64,000 bases of DNA, from positions 13,840 to 77,839 of the forward strand of contig JBNKBE010000027.1 of the NCBI GenBank assembly GCA_050287085.1, in the 5' to 3' direction. Positions within the stretch are counted from its first letter, which is position 1. Each line of letters opens with the position of its first letter. The stretch is from Polyangiaceae bacterium (lineage in GTDB: Bacteria > Myxococcota_A > Polyangia > Polyangiales > Polyangiaceae). The position numbers and the translations under genes were made by a program. A model generated the notes under the pieces. It had not been told where the DNA came from, made no database searches, and saw only the letters and a program-made list of their open reading frames with translations. Positions 29,361 through 38,498 of the stretch are shown piece by piece.

Positions 29361-30224
29361 TCAGAGCGGGGTGACTCGTAGGTTGTCGAAGCAGACGCGC
29401 GCATCCCAATCATTGAAGGCGATGTGTTCGTGCCCCGATCCCACAAGCGGCGCCTGATCGTTGTAGCTCAGAATGTCGATGTCATCGACCCACCACTGCA
29501 CGGTCTTGCCGTCTCGTCGTGCGAGCTTGAAATGATAGAGGCGTCCTGGCTCCACGGCGCGGGCCGAGAGCTGGTCGCCCGCCCTATCCACCACGAGCTC
29601 TTGGCGGTCCCGAGCGTGTTCGTCCAGGCGTGCCAGTACGTGGCGCGTATTCTTCCAGCCTCCTAGAATCGCGATGTAGCTCGTTGCATCGTCGTAGCTC
29701 GTTCCCGTCGCGTAGGAGCGCCCGTCTCCCCACAGCTCTACCTTGATGTCGCCATCTCGGGAGTGCGAGACGGCGTCGAATTCGATGACGGCGTTGGTAG
29801 GCACCCTGCGATCGAGCCACACCGGGTGATTGCGCGCGTGGGTTGCGCATAGCTGACCACCTTGGATCCGCCAGGCTGAACTGGTTGCCGCCCAATTCGG
29901 TCCCAACGTGGCCCGTTCGAAGTTGTCTTCGAAAGGTGCGGTGAGACGTGGCCCGTGCAGTTGCTTGCCCCGGGCATCGGAGCTGGCGGGGCTTGGGGCC
30001 GGCGCGAGCGGCTTATAGTCGCTTGTCGTTTTTGATTCGTCTGACCTGGCGGGCTGTGAAGTTGCTTGGTCTTCGTGCGTCTCGCGATGAGGCAGGCATG
30101 CAGCAAACATCAATCCAGCGACGACCGCGCTGTGTTGATGTTTGAGCCCCCGCCAGCCGCAGGTCCACGAGGGGGAGTCGTCGCGCCAGGGCGGTTGTTG
30201 GCGGGTTGTCCGACGAAGCTTCAT
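29361..30224 (-). CDS. Probable lipoprotein with concanavalin/LamG-like beta-sandwich (true start may be downstream)
   Basis: LMFAA-C lipobox; FEDNFER...WRIQGGQL...CFDNLRVTPL typical of jelly-roll domains. Confidence 0.7.
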   Translation of the reverse strand: MKLRRTTRQQPPWRDDSPSWTCGWRGLKHQHSAVVAGLMFAACLPHRETHEDQATSQPARSDESKTTSDYKPLAPAPSPASSDARGKQLHGPRLTAPFEDNFERATLGPNWAATSSAWRIQGGQLCATHARNHPVWLDRRVPTNAVIEFDAVSHSRDGDIKVELWGDGRSYATGTSYDDATSYIAILGGWKNTRHVLARLDEHARDRQELVVDRAGDQLSARAVEPGRLYHFKLARRDGKTVQWWVDDIDILSYNDQAPLVGSGHEHIAFNDWDARVCFDNLRVTPL

Positions 30225-30462
30225 GGGGGGATGCTAGCGACGGCTCTGCGGACCTGCAAACGGTTGCATCTTGGGTGTGGGACGAACGTGCGAGTAGGGG
30301 CTACGTGTATGCGTCTGCCCACTTGGCTCGGACATACAGCCAAACCCAGGCACTGGCAGCCGGATAGTTGCTTTACCCATTCCCAGGTTCAGAGGTAGCC
30401 TGCACCGCCCTTGAACGCCAACGGGTCAAGGACACCGCATATTCAAAAGAGGAGCCCACGAC

Positions 30463-31179
30463 ATGGCTGGAGCAGGAAGAGTTTTAGTTGGTTGGACACT
30501 CGTCGCCAGCGCCGGAGTTGGATTGATTGCCGCGGCCTGCGGCGGCAGTGAGCCAGAGCCCCAGAACCAGTTCCAAGCTGGCACGCAGTATCCGCCGGGA
30601 CAATACCCGCCGGGGCAATATCCAACGGCGCAGCCATACCCGGGACAATACCCCACGGCGCAGCCGTATCCGTCCGCGCAGCCGTATCCATCGGCACAGC
30701 CGACATATCCAGGCGCCGCCCCCACACCAGCCCCCACCGCAGCTTTGCCGATTCCGCCCACGGCGGCTTCCGGTACTCCTGCGACGCCGCTGGACGCTGC
30801 GGCCGGAAGCATGGTCACCCCATTGCTTGGGCCGATGGCACAGACCCACGCGCCCGGCGCGCACCCCCTTGGAACGGCGACCGTCGCCAACTTCATGCCG
30901 GGGCAGCAGGTGGAGCAGGTAGTCCAGATGGAAGCCGGACGCTGCTACACGATCCTGGCAGCAGGCGTTCCTACGGTGCAAGGGCTCACCATTCAGCTCG
31001 TGCCGACGATGGGGCCGCCCGTCGTATTCCAGCAAAGCCAACCCACTGAGGTGCCTGGCCAAGCTGTATTGGGTAAGTCGCCCAATTGCTTCAAGGTGGT
31101 TATTTCCGCGCCTTGGAAGGTTGTGACCACCGTATCGGCAGGTCAAGGGCTTGCCGCTGTACAGGTTTACGAAAAGTAG
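30463..31179 (+). CDS. Lipoprotein with Gln/Tyr/Pro repeats and C-terminal beta-sandwich
   Basis: GAGGAG RBS; IAAA-CGG lipobox; QYPPG and AQPYP repeats; GRCYTI...PNCF Cys pair. Confidence 0.85.
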   Translation: MAGAGRVLVGWTLVASAGVGLIAAACGGSEPEPQNQFQAGTQYPPGQYPPGQYPTAQPYPGQYPTAQPYPSAQPYPSAQPTYPGAAPTPAPTAALPIPPTAASGTPATPLDAAAGSMVTPLLGPMAQTHAPGAHPLGTATVANFMPGQQVEQVVQMEAGRCYTILAAGVPTVQGLTIQLVPTMGPPVVFQQSQPTEVPGQAVLGKSPNCFKVVISAPWKVVTTVSAGQGLAAVQVYEK

Positions 31180-31185
31180 GGACTT

Positions 31186-31244
31186 GAGTCATCGGGGTTC
31201 GCCTCGATGACTCGCCCGGATCGGTTCAAGGAAGCGTTCCTTGA
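31186..31244. terminator. Two hairpins between convergent genes
   Basis: GAGTCATCGGGG-TTCG-CCTCGATGACTC (31186-31213) and TCAAGGAA-GCG-TTCCTTGA (31226-31244). Confidence 0.6.
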
Positions 31245-31316
31245 TAGGAACGGCGACCCAGCACTAGAAGCAAGAGCCGATCAAGAATAGGCGAAAGCAG
31301 CAGCATCGGGGCGGTC

Positions 31317-32132
31317 TCAGCCCTTGGGCTCGACACGATGCTGCGTCGCCTTCGGGATCGCTTCTTGACCTGCGTTGCGCTCGTAGAGCAATCGCAGTCC
31401 GTTCAACGTCAGGTCTAGGTCGACCTCCTGCAGGGAGCGTGCGTGTTGTGCCAGTAGCGGAGCTAGCCCACCCGTCCCGATCACGCGGGCGTCCGGTGAT
31501 AGCTCCTCTTTGAGGCGGGCCACGAGGCCGTCGATCAGTCCCGCGTAGCCAAATACGACCCCGCTCTGGAGCGAGTGGGTCGTGTTGCGCCCGATCACGC
31601 GCGGCGGCTCAGCGATTTCAATCGGGCGCAGTTTTGCGGCTCGGCTCATGAGCGCGTTGAGCCCCACTTCGATGCCGGGTGCAATGGCGCCGCCCAAGTA
31701 GTGTCCGCGTTCAGAGATACAGTCGAAGGTCGTGGCCGTACCGAGGTCGACCACGATAGCTGCGCCCTGAGCTTTGTGAAACGCGGCTACGGCATTCACG
31801 ATGCGGTCAGCGCCGACATCGTGCGGATTGTCATAGTGGACCGGGACTCCGGTTTTCATCCCGGGACCGACGATCAATGGCTCCACACCAAAGGAAATGG
31901 TGATCGCGCGGCTCACCACGTTGGTTAGGGGAGGAACCACGCTGGCCACGATGGCGGCGGTTACCGCGTGATGGGAGACCTTGTGCACCGAGAGTACCTG
32001 GTGCAAGACGACTGCGTATTCGTCTGCGGTGCGAGAGAGAACGGTTGCGGCACGAAATGTGTGCCGCAAGGTCTCGCCGTCGAAAAGCCCGACGGTGAGA
32101 TTCGTATTGCCCATATCGACGGCGAGAAGCAC
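31317..32132 (-). CDS. coaX: Type III pantothenate kinase
   Basis: LLAVDMGNTN, ASVVP, VGADRIVN, VDLGTATTFD, YLGGAIAPG, GTGG. Confidence 0.97.
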   Translation of the reverse strand: MLLAVDMGNTNLTVGLFDGETLRHTFRAATVLSRTADEYAVVLHQVLSVHKVSHHAVTAAIVASVVPPLTNVVSRAITISFGVEPLIVGPGMKTGVPVHYDNPHDVGADRIVNAVAAFHKAQGAAIVVDLGTATTFDCISERGHYLGGAIAPGIEVGLNALMSRAAKLRPIEIAEPPRVIGRNTTHSLQSGVVFGYAGLIDGLVARLKEELSPDARVIGTGGLAPLLAQHARSLQEVDLDLTLNGLRLLYERNAGQEAIPKATQHRVEPKG

Positions 32133-32216
32133 GTACGGCTACATAGCGGCTTTGGTCGCGTCTCGATACGGCTGTGTGGGGCGGCAGGGAACAGAAGGCG
32201 ACAACAAACAATGGGT

Positions 32217-34262
32217 CTAGGGGGCTTCGTCCTGCGTCCGCCATGAGGCTCCCGCGACGCTTTCGTTGCCACGAAGCCCAGACCAGCTGGGTTCGGCGAC
32301 GCCGAGCCGCTCCCAATCGTCGTCGAGGTCAGGGCGATCGGCGAGCACGATCACCAACTGAGGATCGTAGCTGTGCTCGTCCTGTTTTCGGAGCGCGACG
32401 CTGAGCGGACCAAAGCGAGAGGGGACGTCGGCGGTCTGCAGTACAACGGGGCGAGCGTGTGAGCCGCTCACGGGGGCACCCAATACGAGCATGTGTTCAT
32501 CGAGGAGGGTCAGGCGTGTTCCCGAGAGGGGGGCCGTGCTGAGCCAGCGACGCAGCCAGGCCAGGTGTTCCGGAGGCGCTTTCGCGTCGAAGTAGAGCTT
32601 GAGCGGGGGGCGATCGCCCGCGAGCTGTATTTCAAGCACTCCCGGCGTCGTCTGGGGTTGCGGAGAGGGCGCTTCACGAGGCGGGAGTTCGGGGTCGGGT
32701 GTGGGCGGACAGTCTGCCGTTCGCAACTTGTTCAGTGCGGCGTTGGCAGCGTGGCGGACGCGTGGGTAGGGTGACTCGCAGAAAGACGGTATCAGCTTGC
32801 GCAAGCTGAGCACTCGGCTGGCGGCGACCGCCTCGAGCAACGCTTGTTGGGTGGGGACAGACCACGCGTCGGAGCGTTCAAGTGCGTCCTGCAAGGCTGT
32901 GAACACCTCCGGGGGCAGTGTGAAGTCGCTTTCGTCAGACGCGACGCGGGTCAGGGCGCGTGCGCCCGCTTCCACCGCACCGCTGAGCGAACTGGAAAGC
33001 GCCTGCACCAGCAGGGTATTGAGCGCCGCTCGATAGGAGGGGGGCCAAGTGAGCGCAAGGGCCTCGCGTAGCAGAGGGTCGGGGGCGTCTTGCACCAACC
33101 GCTGCAGCTCCTCGTGACGGCCGGATTGCCTCAGGAGCACCAGTAGCTGGGCGCAGCCAAGGCTCGCCGTACCCGCGGGGGCGCAGCGGGCAAGCGCCGG
33201 AGCCTCGATCGAGCTGTAACGCAGCGCGGCGGCGAGACAACGCAGGTGCTGCCGAGCGAGGACTGCGGGGGCGTCGGGGTTCGCCACGGAGTCGGGGTTC
33301 GCCACGGAGTCGGGGTTCGCCACGGAGTCGGGGTTCGCCACGGAGTCGGGGTTCGCTGGCGGGTCCAGCTCGTCGGCCGACTCGGCGAGCTCTTGGAGGC
33401 GAGCTGCGACGTCGCCGGTGGGGGCTCTGTAAGAGCCGGCCCTTGCCCGCGCCTGCAGCACCGACGTGAGGAGGTCGACGTCGTTCAGTCCCAAAACGAG
33501 TGCGTCGATCGCATTTTCGTCTTCCGCTTCCAGGACCGAGCGCACGGCGGCTCTGCGCAAGAGAGGTGGCACGCGCAGGTCGAGGGCCAGTTCGTGTAGT
33601 CGCGACGCCGCTTGTACCGAAGGGTGCCCGAGCGCCCGGAAGGTCCAGAAGCCCGGCGCTCGGGCCGCGAGGCTCAGGGCGGCCTTAGCGAGAGTTGATG
33701 TCAGACTCGGCGCGTGAGCGAGCGCAAAACCCGCGGCTTCCGGCGGCGCGTTGGCGATCAGGCGTTCGAGGGCGGGGCGCGATAGGACTTCGGTTTGGGA
33801 AAGCGCCGCGAGCGCCCGGCCAGCGCCGTCGCGACTGTATTCATTGGCTCCAAGCCACGCGCTCAGCAGCGGCGCCGGCTGTGGAATGCAGCGCCGCGCG
33901 GCCTGTGAAAGACCAAACCACGCAGCGTCGTCACTGGGTGTTGGCGCAAGGCTGAGCCGCGCGGCCCTGCCCAATAGTTCCGAGCCGGCAGCCAGGCGCT
34001 CGCGGGCACATTGCCGTCCAAGTCTCGAGCCGGCAAGTGCCACCTCGGCTGGGGCCATTCCGCGCAGCAGCGGAATTGTTGCGCCGGTCGACGTGGTTGC
34101 GGCCTGGGATTGGGCTGCCGGCGCGGAGGTCGGGACCTCGTTGCAGCCTGCAGAAGCCAAAATCAGGCACAAACGCAGGCCCAGAGCTGGCGTGCCATCC
34201 CGGTGCAGCGAGCGCGAAAGGCGCCGCAGGGGCGTGGCATTGGGCCGACCGCGCAGCAACAT
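32217..34262 (-). CDS. Probable lipoprotein with HEAT-like helical repeats and a degenerate C-terminal cyclophilin-like domain (start uncertain)
   Basis: LILASAG-C lipobox; Ala/Leu-rich repeats (LLRRAAVRSV, PRVRHAANAALNKL); C-terminal spacing resembles cyclophilin. Confidence 0.65.
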   Translation of the reverse strand: MLLRGRPNATPLRRLSRSLHRDGTPALGLRLCLILASAGCNEVPTSAPAAQSQAATTSTGATIPLLRGMAPAEVALAGSRLGRQCARERLAAGSELLGRAARLSLAPTPSDDAAWFGLSQAARRCIPQPAPLLSAWLGANEYSRDGAGRALAALSQTEVLSRPALERLIANAPPEAAGFALAHAPSLTSTLAKAALSLAARAPGFWTFRALGHPSVQAASRLHELALDLRVPPLLRRAAVRSVLEAEDENAIDALVLGLNDVDLLTSVLQARARAGSYRAPTGDVAARLQELAESADELDPPANPDSVANPDSVANPDSVANPDSVANPDAPAVLARQHLRCLAAALRYSSIEAPALARCAPAGTASLGCAQLLVLLRQSGRHEELQRLVQDAPDPLLREALALTWPPSYRAALNTLLVQALSSSLSGAVEAGARALTRVASDESDFTLPPEVFTALQDALERSDAWSVPTQQALLEAVAASRVLSLRKLIPSFCESPYPRVRHAANAALNKLRTADCPPTPDPELPPREAPSPQPQTTPGVLEIQLAGDRPPLKLYFDAKAPPEHLAWLRRWLSTAPLSGTRLTLLDEHMLVLGAPVSGSHARPVVLQTADVPSRFGPLSVALRKQDEHSYDPQLVIVLADRPDLDDDWERLGVAEPSWSGLRGNESVAGASWRTQDEAP
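33273..33356. repeat. 18-bp exact tandem repeat, about 4.7 copies (ANPDSV)
   Basis: Unit GTCGGGGTTCGCCACGGA at 33273, 33291, 33309 and 33327, partial at 33345. Confidence 0.97.
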
Positions 34263-34372
34263 GGCCTGATGAAGCAAAAAAAAGCCGGGTATGGCCCAAT
34301 TAGCGGAGTGGTTTCCTTGCGGCCACCCTGCTACACCCCGAACCGCCGGCAGTTCCCGAATCCAACGCAAGC

Positions 34373-35731
34373 GTGAGTAGACCAGTTCCCGAAGAGCTTC
34401 CCAAGAAGAAGGCACGCAAGAGCGGCCGTTCTAGGGGAAAAGCGCCCAAAGACCCGGTGGCGTATACCGTGTCCTCGCTGGAGGAGCACGAAGGGGAAAT
34501 GGCATCTCGGGCCGGCAAGCATGCCAAGCACGCGGAAGCGCCGGCGAGACAGCCTAGGCGCTTCGACGTTGATCTCGATGAGAGTCGAATCGATTCGGAC
34601 GCTGCGAAGGTAGTGCAGCGCTTGGTGCGACACGGATACGAGGCTTATCTGGTGGGCGGGTGTGTTCGCGACTTGTTGCTTGGGCATCAGCCTAAGGACT
34701 TCGACGTTGCAACCAGCGCCAAACCGGAAACCGTACGGGGGCTGTTCCGCAATTCCCGGGTGATCGGTCGGCGCTTTCGCTTGGTCCACGTCTTGTTTTC
34801 CGGACGCAAGGTGATCGAAACCGCCACCTTCCGACGGAGTCCACCTCCGGGCGGTGATGGGGACGATCTGCTTATTCGCGACGACAACGCGTTTGGGCGG
34901 GCTGACGAGGACGCTGAGCGTCGCGACTTCACCATCAACGCCCTGTTCTTCGACATCGAAGGGGGACAGGTCTTGGATTGGTGCGACGGCATGGCCGACG
35001 TGCGGGCGCGTGCCGTCCGAACGATTGGTGATCCGGTCGTGCGTTTTCGAGAAGACCCCGTCCGTATGCTGCGCGCCATCAAGTTCTGTGCTCGGCTCGA
35101 CTTGGGGATAGAGCCTGAGACCTATCGGGCGCTGGTGCAGTGTCGGGGTTCCCTAGCCATGGCGGCGCGCCCGCGCTTATTCGAGGAAGTGTTGCGCCTT
35201 CTGCGCGGGGGCAAGGCGCATCGGAGCTATTGGCTTACCTGGGAGACGGGCGTGTTGGACGTACTGATCCCGGAACTCAGCGCCTACCTCTACGATGCGG
35301 TGGAGGGCGAAGATCGCGTGTGGGCTTTGCTCGATCAGTTGGATGCGTATCGCAGCGAGCGAGGCGAGTCCCCTGACGATATCGTGTTGTTGGCGACCCT
35401 CCTCCTCGAGCCTCTGCGCGAGGTTTGTGCGGGCGAGAAGGATCGCTTGACCGCGGCTCGAGACTTCTTGGAGCCGCTGGTGCAGCGACTGGCCATGCCG
35501 CGCCGCATCGCCGATGCCATCGCGCGGATTATGTCGTTGCTGCCTCGGCTGGAGGCGGGCAGCGCCGGCAAGTTGCCGAAAACGCCGCTGTATCCCTTTG
35601 CGATGGACGTCCTGCGCTTCAGTGAGGCGGCTTCTCCAGGCGCGGAGCTATTCGCCTGCGAATACGTCAGGCCTGCGCGGCGACGTCGGTCGAAATCGCG
35701 CGGTTCAGCATCGACCAGCTCGGGCGAATGA
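34373..35731 (+). CDS. pcnB: Poly(A) polymerase I
   Basis: LVGGCVRDLLLG..PKDFDVAT; PAP-specific IGRRFRLVHV; RRDFTINAL; EDPVRMLRA; basic C-terminal tail. Confidence 0.94.
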   Translation: MSRPVPEELPKKKARKSGRSRGKAPKDPVAYTVSSLEEHEGEMASRAGKHAKHAEAPARQPRRFDVDLDESRIDSDAAKVVQRLVRHGYEAYLVGGCVRDLLLGHQPKDFDVATSAKPETVRGLFRNSRVIGRRFRLVHVLFSGRKVIETATFRRSPPPGGDGDDLLIRDDNAFGRADEDAERRDFTINALFFDIEGGQVLDWCDGMADVRARAVRTIGDPVVRFREDPVRMLRAIKFCARLDLGIEPETYRALVQCRGSLAMAARPRLFEEVLRLLRGGKAHRSYWLTWETGVLDVLIPELSAYLYDAVEGEDRVWALLDQLDAYRSERGESPDDIVLLATLLLEPLREVCAGEKDRLTAARDFLEPLVQRLAMPRRIADAIARIMSLLPRLEAGSAGKLPKTPLYPFAMDVLRFSEAASPGAELFACEYVRPARRRRSKSRGSASTSSGE

Positions 35732-35838
35732 GTCTTGCTGCGCTCGCACCCTCGGGGCGCGTTCGGTCCAGGACCGGCCGCACCCGTGGGCGCGTTGCTT
35801 CAGCCAGCATGTTTTGCTCAGCCAGCGCGTTGCTCAGC

Positions 35839-35874
35839 CAGCATCGTGCCACCCCGAGGACTGGCACGATGCTG
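35839..35874. terminator. Hairpin between convergent pcnB and FHA genes
   Basis: Perfect 13-bp stem CAGCATCGTGCCA/TGGCACGATGCTG with a 10-nt loop; preceded by three TTGCT(T)CAGCCAGC-like repeats. Confidence 0.65.
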
Positions 35875-35895
35875 CGGCGTTCTTGGGATCGCTGC

Positions 35896-36675
35896 TTAGG
35901 CGTTGAGCTCGACGCGCAGCAGCTTGCGTCCAAGAAACACGTAGTCACCGTGGGTGAGGTCGACTTCAGACTTGATGCGCAAGTAGGTGCCGTTGCGCGT
36001 GTTGTGGTCGGTCAACTGAATCCCGCTTTCGTTCTGGGTTGCCGTTAGGTGAACGAGATCCAGCTGCGGGTCGTCGGCAAAGTTGAGGTCACAGCCTTCC
36101 CGCCCGATGGTGAGGGTGCCCGTTGGACTGCCGACCGTGACCCCCAGAGCGCCGCCGGATAACACCTGGGAAATGCGAAACATGTTGGGGTGCTTGGGGG
36201 ACGAGTAGAAGTAGGTCCCGTCTGGATCGGGCGCGTCCGCCGCGCGCGGAGCGGGGTCCAGGCGAAAGACGTGATTGCCGGCCATGAACGTATCCCCCGG
36301 CGAGATCGTGGTTGTTCCACGAAAACGAACATAGACCCCGTTGAGGGAGCCCTCGTCGCGCACCACCAAGTGGTTGTTGCGATAGAAGAAGTTGGCGTGG
36401 GTCGGCGATACGTAGGGATCGTCCGGGAACTCGACCTGCCCATTGCGTCCCACCACGTGCTGATCGGCCTTCAGATGATAGCTGAGGCCGTCGAGACCCT
36501 GGCCGTGGATCAGGATCAACCGCGCCTTGTCGGGATCCTGCATGTCGCTGAAGTACTCCGTACTGAAAGCCGCGACAGCCTCGGGCATGGGCTCTCCGCA
36601 GCGTCCACAGAACTTGTGGCCCCTGGGCACCGACGTTTTGCACGAGTTACAGATGTAGTGCTTTGCTTGGTCCAT
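35896..36675 (-). CDS. Zinc-ribbon and tandem FHA domain protein
   Basis: CNSC...CGRC; FHA1 VGR...VSPTHA...GSLNGVY; FHA2 IGR...TRNGTY; GGAG RBS before ATG 36675. Confidence 0.9.
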   Translation of the reverse strand: MDQAKHYICNSCKTSVPRGHKFCGRCGEPMPEAVAAFSTEYFSDMQDPDKARLILIHGQGLDGLSYHLKADQHVVGRNGQVEFPDDPYVSPTHANFFYRNNHLVVRDEGSLNGVYVRFRGTTTISPGDTFMAGNHVFRLDPAPRAADAPDPDGTYFYSSPKHPNMFRISQVLSGGALGVTVGSPTGTLTIGREGCDLNFADDPQLDLVHLTATQNESGIQLTDHNTRNGTYLRIKSEVDLTHGDYVFLGRKLLRVELNA

Positions 36676-36860
36676 CGAGTCTCCTGCTGGCCAGCTTCGA
36701 TCAGATCGCGCTGTTTGCAAACAAAAACACGGCGCCGGGTCGAATCAAGGCGCGGGTGCAGAGAGACGGCGCCTCGCTTGACGGGCGCTGTGCGACGGAG
36801 GCCTACAACCGAAACAATCACCCCTGAGGGACGGCTAGCGCCCCGCCGCGTGGCGTTGCG

Positions 36861-37502
36861 CTAGCGAATGTAGCTCAGACGGCTCTCAGCGTCGCTGTAT
36901 CCGCGGGGCCCGACCAGTCGGAAGAAGATCGTCTCTTTGCAGCGGCTGCGCTCGAGCGTTCCAAAGTGCCGGGAGTCGAAGGGCGCCGCGCGATTGTCGC
37001 TGAGCAAGAAGATGTGTCCTTCCGGGATACGGTTCTTATAGGAGCGTGGCTCGCGGCGGACGTCGAGACTGACCCCTCGCATATGCAGCTTGCCCCCGAG
37101 CTCCTCCATGTTGCAGCTGCCGTTTCGGCTCTGACGGGTATCTGGGTCGGAGAAGGAATACCTACGTTCGGTACAGTTGTATTCCAGCGTTGGTGCCTTG
37201 TCGTTGAGCACAACGCCTTGTCCTCTTAGCTCGACGAAGTCCCCTTCGAGCGCCGCAATGCGGCCGATGACGACATTGCTTGGGTCGTCCGGATCGGGGC
37301 AAACGACCAAGTCCCCGCGGCCGGGGCGCGTGACGCGCCAGAGCAAGAGCCAGTCTCCGCCATCTAGCGTTGGGCGCACCGACGCGGCGAGTTCGGCGTC
37401 GTCTTGCGGCAATTGCCACCAGCGGATAGCGGTCGTACGGAGCCCAGCGATCAGCAGCCCCACAAGCACCACCGACCAGGCTAGGAAACGAAAGAAGCCC
37501 AC
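36861..37502 (-). CDS. Signal peptidase I (S26)-like protein, catalytic Lys apparently missing
   Basis: N-terminal TM; ASVRPTL (box B); RGDLVV; IGRIAALEGD (box D); LSDNR..FDSRHFG (box E). Confidence 0.85.
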   Translation of the reverse strand: MGFFRFLAWSVVLVGLLIAGLRTTAIRWWQLPQDDAELAASVRPTLDGGDWLLLWRVTRPGRGDLVVCPDPDDPSNVVIGRIAALEGDFVELRGQGVVLNDKAPTLEYNCTERRYSFSDPDTRQSRNGSCNMEELGGKLHMRGVSLDVRREPRSYKNRIPEGHIFLLSDNRAAPFDSRHFGTLERSRCKETIFFRLVGPRGYSDAESRLSYIR

Positions 37503-37542
37503 GCGCAGACCCTATCCGACTCCCGCGTGTTGATGCGAGTTT

Positions 37543-38448
37543 CTAATCGCGCGCCTCGTCACAGCCTGAGATCGGAGGTAGTTCCGCCGGGTTCGCGCCT
37601 GCGGCCAGCCGCTCCGCGTTGGCAAAGAGCTCTTGCCAGTAGTCGAGGCGGACAAACTCCGTCAGGTTCTTGGTCTGCTCTTGGCCGTCCAGGGCGCTGG
37701 CAGACAAGACTCCGACGACGATCCCAGCGCGGTTCAGCGCGGGGCCCCCGGAGTCTCCGGCGCAGGTCGCCACCTGTGCCCGAAAGCTGCTTTCAGTCAC
37801 GGACTCGACTCGCCCTTCGAGGCGATCTCGCAGGCGGAGGCCTTCGGCCGAATCGGCGCAGCGTCCGAACCCCACGGCGTCGAAGCGGAGCCCGGGCCGC
37901 GGCCGTTGCCCGAGGGCCACCGACTTGGGGTGTATGCCCGCAACGGGTTGGCTCAGCACGACCAAAGCGATGTCGCCGTGCCCTCCTCCGTGCCCACAGG
38001 GGGGCGTAACCAGCTGAGCGGCTTGCACTTCTCCCCAGGGTAGGTAGTCGCTTCCGAGCTGCACCGTCAGCTCGGAAGCTTCGACGTCTCGCGCCCGGTA
38101 GCGACCCTCCGCACTCCGCTCCGCCACGCAATGGTGGGCGGTCAGTACCAGCGCAGGCCCGATCAGGGTGCCGCTACACTCCGTATCGCTGCCGAGCAGC
38201 CGCACGACCGCTTCGTCGCCAAGTCGGTCCCGGGGGGGCGCCACGGGCACCAATGCCCGAACCGCGCCTCGCGCGGGGATCGGTTGGGCGCTGGGCGTCG
38301 GGGTGAAGAGTGCGACCGGCCCTGCGCAGCCAAGAGGCAGCCAGAACAACACCCAAATGCAGAAACAGAGCCAAGGACTGGCCGCTTCTGGGGTCGAAGC
38401 ACGGGAGCGTTTGGGGTTGCGCACGGGAGGTCGACACCAACCACGCAC
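37543..38448 (-). CDS. Trypsin-like (S1) serine protease, probable lipoprotein
   Basis: CSGTLI, LTAHHC, DIAL, GDSGGP; LPLG-C lipobox. Confidence 0.92.
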   Translation of the reverse strand: MRGWCRPPVRNPKRSRASTPEAASPWLCFCIWVLFWLPLGCAGPVALFTPTPSAQPIPARGAVRALVPVAPPRDRLGDEAVVRLLGSDTECSGTLIGPALVLTAHHCVAERSAEGRYRARDVEASELTVQLGSDYLPWGEVQAAQLVTPPCGHGGGHGDIALVVLSQPVAGIHPKSVALGQRPRPGLRFDAVGFGRCADSAEGLRLRDRLEGRVESVTESSFRAQVATCAGDSGGPALNRAGIVVGVLSASALDGQEQTKNLTEFVRLDYWQELFANAERLAAGANPAELPPISGCDEARD

Positions 38449-38498
38449 CGAATGTTCCCCGGCGCCTTCTGTTGCGATGGGGGGCCCGTCCGCGCCCC

